Below are positions 55,544-64,000 of a stretch of DNA of 64,000 nt, piece by piece. The stretch's first letter is position 1. Every line of letters begins with the position of its first letter. The DNA comes from Candidatus Magasanikiibacteriota bacterium. Lineage in GTDB: Bacteria; Patescibacteriota; Patescibacteriia; Magasanikbacterales; GWA2-37-8. The position numbers were made by a program, and so were the translations under genes. The notes under the pieces are model-generated. The model had not been told where the DNA came from, did no database searches, and saw only the letters and a list, made by a program, of their open reading frames with translations. The stretch lies in assembly GCA_016182085.1 (NCBI GenBank), contig JACOYB010000004.1, forward strand, positions 275,923 through 339,922, read 5' to 3'.

Positions 55544-56578
55544 ATGCTAAAGTTGAGCGCGTATTTTAAGGAAGCTATCAAGCAAGAAGCTTCAGATTTG
55601 CATTTGGTAGGCGGGGAATTGCCAATGCTTCGGGTGGAAGGAGAGTTAAAACAGCTTGACGACAAGCCGCTTAATAATAAGGAGTTGCTAGCTGAGATAA
55701 ACGAACTGCTTACCAAAGAACAGCAGGAAAAATATCAGCAAGATAAGGATTTGGATATCAGTTATGCCGATGGGGATATTCGTTTTAGAGTAAATCTGCA
55801 TCAGCAAGTTGAAAACGTTGGGCTCACAGCTCGTGTGGTGCCGGCTGAAATTCCGTCTCCGGAAGATTTGCATTTTGAACCGACGCTGTTGGAAATGACA
55901 AATCTGCTGGACGGCTTAGTGCTTGTTACCGGTCCAACTGGCTGCGGAAAAACCACTACCATTGCCGCTATGATTGAGGAAATAAATAAAACTCGCAAAA
56001 GTCACATTATTACGATTGAAGATCCGATTGAATTTGTGTTTAAAGATAAGCAAAGTTTGATAGAGCAGCGCGAAGTGGGGATGGACACGAATTCTTTTGC
56101 CAGTGCTTTAAAATATGTATTGCGTCAAGATCCAAACGTAATTTTTGTGGGGGAAATGCGCGATCCGGAAACAATCGCCACCGTACTTACGGCCGCTGAA
56201 ACCGGGCATTTGGTATTTTCCACGCTGCATACGCCAACGGCTGCCGAAGCTGTAGAGCGTATCGTGGATGTCTTTGAGGGCGCGAAACAAAAACAAGTGC
56301 TTATTCAGCTGTCTTCCGTATTGCGCGGCGTGGTAGCCCAACAACTGCTGCCAGCTAAAGACGGCGGTCGTGTACCGGCCAGAGAAATTTTGATTAATAC
56401 TCCGGCTGTGGCCAATCTGATTAGAAATAACGAAGTTGGTCAAATAAAATCCGCCATTCAAACGAGCGCCAAAGACGGTATGGAAACTATGGAAAATTCA
56501 GTTAAAAGACTGCTTAAGGAAGGCTGGATAACCGAAGAGGTGGCGGAAAACAGGGTGGGCCGAAGTAAAAAAGCTTAG
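55544..56578 (+). CDS. pilT: type IV pilus retraction ATPase PilT
   Basis: GPTGCGKTTT Walker A, the Asp box, Walker B and His box of the PilT/GspE family. 344 aa. Confidence 0.85.
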   Translation: MLKLSAYFKEAIKQEASDLHLVGGELPMLRVEGELKQLDDKPLNNKELLAEINELLTKEQQEKYQQDKDLDISYADGDIRFRVNLHQQVENVGLTARVVPAEIPSPEDLHFEPTLLEMTNLLDGLVLVTGPTGCGKTTTIAAMIEEINKTRKSHIITIEDPIEFVFKDKQSLIEQREVGMDTNSFASALKYVLRQDPNVIFVGEMRDPETIATVLTAAETGHLVFSTLHTPTAAEAVERIVDVFEGAKQKQVLIQLSSVLRGVVAQQLLPAKDGGRVPAREILINTPAVANLIRNNEVGQIKSAIQTSAKDGMETMENSVKRLLKEGWITEEVAENRVGRSKKA

Positions 56579-56601
56579 CTAGGAATCGCAACCCTTAACC
56601 T

Positions 56602-58077
56602 ATGAATTCACTGAACAGAATATTTAAGCAAGTAGAGTCCGTATCGCAAAAAACAAAAACCCCCGCCTATGTGGTGGGTGGTTTTATTCGTGATTTTTTG
56701 TTAGGTAGGGAATTGAAAAAAGATATAGATTTTGTGGTAGTAGGCAGCGGCTTGGAATTTGCCAAACAATTCGATGAGTTATTAAGACAGACCGGCAGTT
56801 TAGTTGAGTTTCCGGATTTTGATACTGCCAGATATATCATGAAATTGGATAATGATACCGAACACGGTGAAGATATTGTGCTTGAATTTGCGGGCGCCAG
56901 GACAGAAAAGTATGATCCCGGTTCACGCAAACCGAAGGTAGAGCAAACAACCCTGGAAGAAGATCTTGCTCGGCGTGATTTTACGGTCAATGCGATGGCC
57001 GTGCCAGTCGCGGTTTTTGCGAGCGCTGCTTCCATAACACTGGCAAAATTAAAAAAAGAAATCAAGGATCCTTTTGAGGGACAAAAAGATTTAAAAAATA
57101 AAATTCTGCGCACGCCGCTTGATCCGAATAAAACATTTATAGATGATCCGCTGCGTATGATGCGGGCAATGCGATTTGCGGCGCAGCTTGATTTTGCCAT
57201 TGACGCAAAAACTTTGGAATCTATCCATGCTAACCGCGAGCGGCTCAAGATTATTTCCGCGGAAAGAATTCAGGAAGAACTGTTTAAAATGATGGCTTGT
57301 CCCAAGCCGTCTATCGCGCTAGTGCTTATGTGGCAGACCCATGTTATGGATCTGGTGTTGCCGGAAGTTTCAAAATTGGAAGGAGTGGAAGATGTGTATG
57401 GTCATCAGCATAAAGATAATTTAGTGCATACGTTTAAAGTAGTAGATAATGTGGCCCAGCGTTCGCAAAAGAGCTTGTTGCGTTTAGCCGGGCTATTTCA
57501 TGATATTGGCAAGCCAGCCACCAAAAAATTAATGCCCAAGATCGGTTGGACATTTCATCAGCATGAGCATGTAGGAAAAAAAATGGTCTATGGCATTTGT
57601 CGTCGGTTGCGTTTCTCAAAACACGATACCGACTATTTGGCAAAATTGGTGCGCTGGCATATGCAGCCGATTAGTTTAATGGATGATGGAATTACCGATT
57701 CGGCCGTGCGGCGGCTTGTTGTAAATTTGGGAGAAGAACTAGAGGACTTATTGATTTTAGGGCGAAGCGATATTACGAGCGGCAATCCCTATAAGAAAGA
57801 AAAACGATTAAAAAATTATGATCACTTGGAAAGAAAAATTGTCGAAGTGCTAGAGAAAGATAAGCTAAAGGCTTTTCAATCTCCGGTTAGAGGCGAAGAA
57901 ATCATGAAGCTTGCGGGATTAAGGCCGGGTCCAACCGTAGGAGAGATAAAAGAAGCGATTGAAGAAGCTATTTTAGACGGTGTTATCCCCAACGATTACG
58001 AGGCTGCCAAAACATATTTCTTTACGATAAAAGACAAGTATTTAAACAACGCTTCGGATTGGGAGAAAACAAAATAA
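56602..58077 (+). CDS. cca: CCA-adding tRNA nucleotidyltransferase with C-terminal HD domain
   Basis: The N-terminal GGFIRDFLLGRELKKDIDFVV polymerase-beta head, and the HD motif (…HDIGK…) are present. Consistent with all five tRNAs lacking an encoded CCA. Confidence 0.8.
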   Translation: MNSLNRIFKQVESVSQKTKTPAYVVGGFIRDFLLGRELKKDIDFVVVGSGLEFAKQFDELLRQTGSLVEFPDFDTARYIMKLDNDTEHGEDIVLEFAGARTEKYDPGSRKPKVEQTTLEEDLARRDFTVNAMAVPVAVFASAASITLAKLKKEIKDPFEGQKDLKNKILRTPLDPNKTFIDDPLRMMRAMRFAAQLDFAIDAKTLESIHANRERLKIISAERIQEELFKMMACPKPSIALVLMWQTHVMDLVLPEVSKLEGVEDVYGHQHKDNLVHTFKVVDNVAQRSQKSLLRLAGLFHDIGKPATKKLMPKIGWTFHQHEHVGKKMVYGICRRLRFSKHDTDYLAKLVRWHMQPISLMDDGITDSAVRRLVVNLGEELEDLLILGRSDITSGNPYKKEKRLKNYDHLERKIVEVLEKDKLKAFQSPVRGEEIMKLAGLRPGPTVGEIKEAIEEAILDGVIPNDYEAAKTYFFTIKDKYLNNASDWEKTK

Positions 58078-58146
58078 AACAAGGTTTGACGAAGGCTGCA
58101 AAAAGGCGTAGTATGATAAATATGAATAATCATATTTATTAATATT

Positions 58147-58374
58147 ATGTCAAAAGCCAAGCCCGATTTTTTTGGTAAAAATAGCATGCGCGTTTGCGGT
58201 ACCGCTATCTTGGGAGAGCGCGGACAGATTGTCGTGCCCAAAGAAGCGCGCAATCGCTTAAAATTAAAAAACGGCGATCAGTTTTTGGTCGTGGAACATT
58301 TCGGTAAATTAATACTTGTTCCGCAAAAAATGATGCGTGATTTGCTTGCTATGTTAAATAAACATCTAAAATAA
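58147..58374 (+). CDS. AbrB/MazE/SpoVT-family swapped-hairpin DNA-binding protein
   Basis: ERGQIVVPKEARNRLKLKNGDQFLV matches the AbrB-domain consensus. The start may be the internal ATG at 58186. Confidence 0.55.
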   Translation: MSKAKPDFFGKNSMRVCGTAILGERGQIVVPKEARNRLKLKNGDQFLVVEHFGKLILVPQKMMRDLLAMLNKHLK

Positions 58375-58378
58375 TTTT

Positions 58379-59941
58379 ATGAGCTTTTTTAAAACAAAGA
58401 AATTTTTTATTATCCTGGGTATCGCGGCGGTGGGCGGTTTGATTGCGTATAGCCAAGTTAAAAAAGCTAATAAACCGCCGGAATATGAAACCGTTAAAGT
58501 TCAAAAGGGGGATTTAACTCAAACCGTGGAAGCAACCGGAAAGGTAGAGTCGCAAAGCGATTTATCTTTGCGTTTTGAAGTGCCGGGCGTGGTAGAGCGA
58601 GTAAATGTCGCGGCTGGAGCCAAAGTAAAAGCCGGAGATATCTTGGCCAGCTTGAAACTGTCTGAATTAAATGCGGCCGTGGCCCAGGCGCAAGCCAACC
58701 TAAACCAAAAAATTGCCGGAGCCACGCAGGCGGAAAAGGATTATTATAAAGCCGTCCTAGATCAGGCCGCGGCTGATTTGGAAAATAGCCAGGTAGTGGT
58801 TAATGCGTATGAAGATGCGGTTGTGGTGCTGCAAGCTTCAATAATTAAGTTAGATGACGGGCTGGTACAGGCCGATAATATTTTGGGTATAGACAATGCG
58901 AGCGCTAACGATCAATTTCAATCCTTATTATCCGTATCCGATTTAAATAAATTAAATATTGCTAATTCGCAATATTTAATTGTTAAAAATTTAGTGGTTC
59001 AAGCTAAACTTAAAATCGTGCCGCTTACCGGTTTAAGCGCTTCTGTCGATATTGACGCAGCGTTGCTTGCGGCAATTGATGCGCTTGTGCAAATGAACCA
59101 ATTGTTAATTACAGTTGGAGATGCGCTGGGCGCTTCGCAAACAGGCATTAATTTATCTCAAACCGAATTAGCTGCCAAAAAAACTACTATAGATACGACC
59201 AGAACTTCGGTAAACACACAATTTGTGGCTGTAACCAATGCCAAGCAAACAATCGCGGATGCCAAGGTATCGCTTAAAGTAAAAGAAGCCGTATATAACC
59301 AAGCGTTGGCTAATTATAAAAATAAGAGCAATCCGGTTCGTGAAGTGGATGTGGCTGCTCTGAGAGCGGCTTTATCTCAAGCTGTGGCCAATCGTAATAA
59401 AGCGATCATTAGAGCGCCGATAGCCGGCGTGGTTACTTCTATAAGCAAGAAAGCTGGTGAATTCGCCGTTTCCAGCGAAGAAATGGTGCGAATGTTTGTG
59501 CCGCACTATGAAGTAAAAGTAGATATCCCGGAAACAGACATCTCAAAATTAAAGATGGGTGATACCGTTGAAATCACGCTTGACGCGTTTGGCGATGAAA
59601 CAAAATTTTCCGGCAAAGTAATAAATATGGAGCCTGGCTCCACCGATATTTCCGATGTCGTGTATTATAAAGTTACGATTACTATTAACGATTCTGATAA
59701 AGATATTAAGCCTGGTATGACCGCCAATGTAAAAATAAACACCGATTCTCGTCCCGCGGCTTTATTCATCCCGCTGAGATCTGTGCGTACAAATGATGAT
59801 AGCGGCAAATTCGTGAAAGTTCTTAAAAACGGACAATCGGTTGATGTAAACGTAAAACTTGGCATTCGCGCCGATAATGGACAAGTTGAAATTTTAGAAG
59901 GGCTCAGCGAAAATGATGAAGTAATTCTCAGCGTGAAATAA
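58379..59941 (+). CDS. HlyD/MacA-family periplasmic adaptor with an extended coiled coil
   Basis: N-terminal TM, biotinyl-lipoyl-like hairpin halves (…VKAGDILASL… / …RAPIAGVVTSI…), a long alpha-helical hairpin, and a beta-barrel C-terminus. Confidence 0.8.
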   Translation: MSFFKTKKFFIILGIAAVGGLIAYSQVKKANKPPEYETVKVQKGDLTQTVEATGKVESQSDLSLRFEVPGVVERVNVAAGAKVKAGDILASLKLSELNAAVAQAQANLNQKIAGATQAEKDYYKAVLDQAAADLENSQVVVNAYEDAVVVLQASIIKLDDGLVQADNILGIDNASANDQFQSLLSVSDLNKLNIANSQYLIVKNLVVQAKLKIVPLTGLSASVDIDAALLAAIDALVQMNQLLITVGDALGASQTGINLSQTELAAKKTTIDTTRTSVNTQFVAVTNAKQTIADAKVSLKVKEAVYNQALANYKNKSNPVREVDVAALRAALSQAVANRNKAIIRAPIAGVVTSISKKAGEFAVSSEEMVRMFVPHYEVKVDIPETDISKLKMGDTVEITLDAFGDETKFSGKVINMEPGSTDISDVVYYKVTITINDSDKDIKPGMTANVKINTDSRPAALFIPLRSVRTNDDSGKFVKVLKNGQSVDVNVKLGIRADNGQVEILEGLSENDEVILSVK

Positions 59942-59948
59942 ATTCCGT

Positions 59949-60671
59949 ATGGCGCTAATTGAAATAAAAGATCTAAAGAAAAACTACGAAAATGACGGGG
60001 TGTCTACTTCTGTGCTGCACGGCTTAAATTTTACGATTGAAAAAGGCGAGTTTGTGGCCATTATGGGGCCAAGCGGATCGGGGAAATCCACTCTTATGCA
60101 TATCCTTGGTTTTTTGGATAAGTTAAGTTCGGGCTCATATATTTTTGGCGGCCAGGACGTCAGCGCTTTAAGTGATAATGAACTCGCCGATATGCGCAGC
60201 CATCAGGTGGGGTTTATTTTTCAGGCATTTAACCTGCTTCCTCGCACTACGGTCGTGGAAAATGTGATGTTGCCGCTTACTTATGTCAAAATGGATCAAA
60301 CCGAGCGGATAAAAAAATCCAAAGAAGCGCTTATATCGGTTGGCTTAGGGCATCGATTGGATTATTTTTCCAACCAGCTGTCCGGCGGAGAAAAGCAGCG
60401 CGTAGCCATCGCTCGGTCGCTGGTAAATAATCCGTCCGTTATTTTTGCGGATGAGCCGACCGGCAATCTTGATTCAAAATCCGGTTTGCAGGTAATGAGA
60501 ATTCTGCAAAATTTAAATGAACAGGGCCATACAATTATTTTGGTGACCCATGAGAAATATACGGCCGATCACGCACGTCGTATTTTGCGTATTAAGGACG
60601 GTCTTATCGTAGAGGATGTTCCGGTATCAAACAGATTATTGGCAAAAGACGTGGAAGAGTTGAAAAAATAA
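59949..60671 (+). CDS. MacB/LolD-type ABC transporter ATP-binding protein
   Basis: [17 protein letters not shown] and [10 protein letters not shown] motifs. Confidence 0.9.
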   Translation: MALIEIKDLKKNYENDGVSTSVLHGLNFTIEKGEFVAIMGPSGSGKSTLMHILGFLDKLSSGSYIFGGQDVSALSDNELADMRSHQVGFIFQAFNLLPRTTVVENVMLPLTYVKMDQTERIKKSKEALISVGLGHRLDYFSNQLSGGEKQRVAIARSLVNNPSVIFADEPTGNLDSKSGLQVMRILQNLNEQGHTIILVTHEKYTADHARRILRIKDGLIVEDVPVSNRLLAKDVEELKK

Positions 60672-60775
60672 TATTCATATATTCTCACTCATTTATTATA
60701 TGGGCTAAAGCCCATATAAACTCACTCACTCTGAAATAAATTAGCAAGCTATTTATTTCCTCATTCGTTTCGATT

Positions 60776-62014
60776 ATGAATATCTTTAAAGAGATTCACA
60801 GCGTCTGGAATATTATTGGTCGTAACAAGGTGCGATCTTTTTTAACCATGCTTGGAATTATTATCGGTATCATGTCCGTAATTGTGGTGATGTCGGTTGG
60901 CGCCGGCGCGCAAAGTTTGATTTTAAATCAAGTTACAAGCCTGGGTTCAAATTTAATCGGCGTGCTTCCGGGAAAATCTGAAGATGACGGTCCGCCAGCG
61001 GCAGCTATGGGGATTGTGGTTACAACCTTAAAATACGACGATATAAAAGCGTTAACCGGACCGGAATTTCCCAGTATCATTGCTGCCACCGCCTATGTGC
61101 GAGGCGCCGATACTATAAATTGGGGTGAAAATAAAACCGACACTAGTTTTGTCGGTGTTTCAGCGGATCTGCCAAATGTTGAGGATACAAAAATAGCCAA
61201 AGGCAGGTTTTTTTCAGAAGAGGAAGAAAAGAGTTTGGCTAGAGTGGTTGTACTCGGCAGCCAAACAGCCGCAGATTTATTTGATGACATAAATCCAATA
61301 GGAAAACAAATTAGAATTAAAAAAACTTCTTTTACGGTCATTGGGGTCATGACCGAACGAGGAGTGAGCGGTTTTCAAAATCAGGATAATCAGATATATG
61401 TGCCGATTACCACGGCTCAAAAATTGCTTCTAGGTATAAATTATGTAAGTTTTGGACGTCTCAAAGTAGACAAAGCCGAGAATGTGGATAAGGGTGTAGA
61501 GTATATTAAGCAAGTTTTAAGAGAACGACATAAAATAACCAATCCGGAAGAGGATGATTTTTCTGTACGAACCACGGCTCAAGGTTTGACAACTTTAACC
61601 AATATTACGAACGCGCTTAAAATCTTTTTGTCTGCAGTCGCAGCCATATCTTTGATCGTGGGCGGTATTGGCATCATGAATATTATGCTTGCGGCCGTGC
61701 AAGAAAGAACCAGAGAAATCGGGCTGCGCAAAGCTGTGGGCGCGAAAAATTCCAATATTATCTCTCAGTTTTTAATTGAAACCGTAATGATTACCTTTTT
61801 GGGCGCGGCCATTGGCATACTTTTGGGCGCTTTGATTTCTTTCGCAGCCGGTACAATTGCCCAAAGCATGGGTTACCACTGGGATATCGTCGTATCTCTT
61901 TCTTCTATTTTGGCTGCCTGTGCCGTGGGAGTTGGTATTGGTTTGGTGTTTGGCATTGTGCCAGCCCGTCGAGCAAGCAAGCTTAACCCAATTGAAGCGC
62001 TACGGTATGAATAA
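60776..62014 (+). CDS. MacB/FtsX-type ABC permease 1
   Basis: 412 aa: N-terminal TM, a large periplasmic domain, and three C-terminal TM helices with the FtsX-fold motif …ERTREIGLRKAVGA…. Confidence 0.8.
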   Translation: MNIFKEIHSVWNIIGRNKVRSFLTMLGIIIGIMSVIVVMSVGAGAQSLILNQVTSLGSNLIGVLPGKSEDDGPPAAAMGIVVTTLKYDDIKALTGPEFPSIIAATAYVRGADTINWGENKTDTSFVGVSADLPNVEDTKIAKGRFFSEEEEKSLARVVVLGSQTAADLFDDINPIGKQIRIKKTSFTVIGVMTERGVSGFQNQDNQIYVPITTAQKLLLGINYVSFGRLKVDKAENVDKGVEYIKQVLRERHKITNPEEDDFSVRTTAQGLTTLTNITNALKIFLSAVAAISLIVGGIGIMNIMLAAVQERTREIGLRKAVGAKNSNIISQFLIETVMITFLGAAIGILLGALISFAAGTIAQSMGYHWDIVVSLSSILAACAVGVGIGLVFGIVPARRASKLNPIEALRYE

Positions 62015-63272
62015 ATATTTCTTTGATACAATTAAAGGCAATATCAAATTGGCAGGGCAAGCGCTGCGCGCGCAAAAGACTCGTTCCGTGTTGACCATTT
62101 TAGGTATTAGTATTGGCGTGGCCGTAGTTATAACTATTTTGGCGGCTGGGCGCGGCTTGGATAGATTTATCATGGCTCAGCTTGAGACGTTTGGTTCGGA
62201 TACGATAAACATTGAAGTAAAAATTCCCAGTGTGGGCGCGACTTCGGCGGAAAACGCATTTGGTCAGGCTGAAGGGGTGACTATCACGACTTTAAAAGAT
62301 AGAGATATCTCGGACGTAATCAAGCATCCAAATATTGCCGCTGCCTATGGCTGGGTGATAGGTCAAGCTGTGGTTTCGTATCAAGGCCAAATTAAGACCG
62401 TTTCTTTGTTTGGTCAGGGGTACAAAACGCCGGAAGTGGAAAAATTTATTTTAGCCGAAGGTAGAATGTACACCGAAGAAGAAGAGAATTCATTATCTCA
62501 AGTAGCCATTCTTGGTCCAACCGTCAAAGATGAGTTGTTTGGCGATGATACGGCTTCGGGAAAAACGATATATATAAAAGGTAAACCGTTTAGAGTGCTG
62601 GGCGCGCTGGAAAAAAGAGGCGCGGTGTTTGGTATGGATTTAGACAATATTATCATTGTGCCTACCAAAACCATGCAGAAAAGAATTCTAGGCATTGACT
62701 ACGTTCGCAGCATTATAGCTAAAATGAAGGATTCAAGTTTATCAAAACAAACAGTAGATGATTTGAGTTATATAATTCGGGCAAACCATGATATCACAGA
62801 TCCAAATAGAGATGATTTTGCCATACATACCATGACCGAAGCCATCTCAATTTTGGGCAGCGTGGTAAGCGGCATTACCTTTTTGCTCATTGCGCTTGTG
62901 TGTATTTCTTTAATTGTCGGCGGCGTGGGAATTATGAATATTATGTATGTGTCAGTATCGGAACGGGTTTTTGAGATTGGCTTGCGCAAAGCGCTGGGAG
63001 CAAAGAACGATGATATTTTATGGCAATTTTTGTTAGAATCAATTTTATTCACCTCAATTGGCGGGGTGGTGGGTATTATGCTGGGCGCGCTTCTGGCGCT
63101 TTTAGTGTATGTTATAGCCACAGCCAATAATTTTAATTGGGTATATAGCATTCCTGTTTCTTCAATAATTTTATCCGTTGGTTTCTCGGCCTTTATCGGC
63201 GTATTATTTGGCATTTATCCGGCTAGAAAAGCGTCGCGGCTAAACCCGATTGAAGCGCTTCGCAAAGAATAG
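62007..63272 (+). CDS. MacB/FtsX-type ABC permease 2
   Basis: Start at ATG 62007, overlapping the stop of permease 1 (tATGAATAA). The C-terminal …ERVFEIGLRKALGA… motif is present. The track ORF at 61857 is an upstream artefact. Confidence 0.8.
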   Translation: MNKYFFDTIKGNIKLAGQALRAQKTRSVLTILGISIGVAVVITILAAGRGLDRFIMAQLETFGSDTINIEVKIPSVGATSAENAFGQAEGVTITTLKDRDISDVIKHPNIAAAYGWVIGQAVVSYQGQIKTVSLFGQGYKTPEVEKFILAEGRMYTEEEENSLSQVAILGPTVKDELFGDDTASGKTIYIKGKPFRVLGALEKRGAVFGMDLDNIIIVPTKTMQKRILGIDYVRSIIAKMKDSSLSKQTVDDLSYIIRANHDITDPNRDDFAIHTMTEAISILGSVVSGITFLLIALVCISLIVGGVGIMNIMYVSVSERVFEIGLRKALGAKNDDILWQFLLESILFTSIGGVVGIMLGALLALLVYVIATANNFNWVYSIPVSSIILSVGFSAFIGVLFGIYPARKASRLNPIEALRKE

Positions 63273-63317
63273 GCAGTAGTTGTGTTTTTTCGCTTAACTA
63301 TGATAAAGTTACGACGT

Positions 63318-64000
63318 ATGACCGATACCCAAGCTATAAAAGATCGGTTGGACATTGTGCAGATAATCGGAGAATATGTGCGCCTGAAAAAGGCGGGCAT
63401 AAATTGGAAAGCCAATTGTCCGTTCCATAACGAAAAATCACCTTCGTTTATGGTGCAGCCGGAAAAACAGTTCTGGCATTGTTTTGGTTGCGGTAAAGGC
63501 GGGGATATTTTTTCTTTTATCCAGGAAATGGAAGGGCTGGACTTTCCCGAAGCTTTAAAAATTTTGGCAAACCGAGCCGGAGTAAAGTTGGACAGCTATG
63601 CCAGTGAAGTAAATAAAAGCCAAAAAAACAGAATTATAGAAATAAATACTAAGGCCGCGTATTTTTTTCAGCATTTTTTATCAGAGATGCCGGTGGCTCA
63701 AGGCGCTCGGGACTACTTGCAAAGACGACAGTTAAAATCAGAAACAATGAGCGACTGGCAAGTTGGTTTTATTCCCGATCAGTGGGATTTGCTGACCAAA
63801 TATTTATTACAAAAAGGCAATAGCATTGACGACTTGATTGCTTCGGGTTTGACCATAAAAAAAGACGGCGGCGGTTTTTACGATCGCTTTCGCGGCCGAA
63901 TTATGTTTCCAATTTGGGATGCGCATGGCAATGCGGTTGGGTTTACGGGCAGGGTACTTGTGGAAACAGAGAAATCCGGCGGGAAATATGTAAATACGCC
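63318..64000 (+). CDS. dnaG: DNA primase DnaG, 5' partial (continues past the window end)
   Basis: CPFHNEKSPSFMV…FWHCFGCGKGGD is the zinc-ribbon motif, and the TOPRIM lead-in follows. No stop lies inside the window. Confidence 0.85.
   Translation, partial: MTDTQAIKDRLDIVQIIGEYVRLKKAGINWKANCPFHNEKSPSFMVQPEKQFWHCFGCGKGGDIFSFIQEMEGLDFPEALKILANRAGVKLDSYASEVNKSQKNRIIEINTKAAYFFQHFLSEMPVAQGARDYLQRRQLKSETMSDWQVGFIPDQWDLLTKYLLQKGNSIDDLIASGLTIKKDGGGFYDRFRGRIMFPIWDAHGNAVGFTGRVLVETEKSGGKYVNT

Overview
This is an AT-rich (about 40% GC) bacterial chromosome segment packed with genes, whose content suggests a reduced-genome Patescibacteria/CPR-type organism. That lineage placement is an inference; no rRNA is present to confirm it.

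Housekeeping content, read from the six-frame translations:
- A minus-strand sufC-sufB-sufD-sufS Fe-S cluster operon; sufS runs off the left edge of the window.
- ftsE/ftsX cell-division genes, gatC/gatA, greA, cspA, ogt, lgt, tsaE, pilT, a CCA-adding enzyme and the 5' end of dnaG.
- A znuABC metal transporter with a divergently transcribed zur regulator.
- A MacAB-like efflux module with two FtsX-type permeases.
- Five tRNAs, all without an encoded CCA: Ser-GCU, a second Ser-like type II tRNA with an odd ACU anticodon, Gln-UUG, Ser-GGA and Pro-CGG.

Unusual content, in window order:
1. A fusion protein joining an ATP-grasp ligase to a QEGLA/DUF1704 peptidase-like domain. It sits beside a 7TM membrane protein resembling the 'inactive transglutaminase-like, UUP1' family and two tandem RimK-like ATP-grasp paralogs. 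This recalls an uncharacterised predicted peptide-ligase system.
2. A tRNA-Ser locus with a 19-nt direct repeat of the tRNA 3' end and inverted tRNA-arm fragments, consistent with an integration scar.
3. A roughly 540-nt GC-rich, ORF-free, highly structured region that is bounded by a promoter and a terminator on the minus strand, so probably a large ncRNA.
4. A four-gene operon (FkbM methyltransferase, GT-B glycosyltransferase, small protein, 727-aa protein) whose last gene carries a divergent GGDEF-like palm motif (GDE..LREF..GGDEL).
5. A tRNA-Asn(GUU) split by a group I intron that carries an HNH homing endonuclease gene.
6. Right after that tRNA, a roughly 3.3-kb GC-rich (52-62% GC) foreign island encoding an SF2 helicase and a hypothetical protein, plus several isolated GC-rich small ORFs elsewhere.
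7. A compact flavin module: an FMN-binding protein, ApbE, and a membrane domain fused to an FNR-type reductase.
8. A roughly 190-nt sRNA candidate upstream of gatCAB, delimited by a promoter and a terminator.

No CRISPR array, rRNA or obvious transposase was seen. The six-frame track treats TTG and GTG as start codons, so several starts were moved to internal ATG codons with better context. All family assignments are motif-level readings of the translations and have not been checked against any database.
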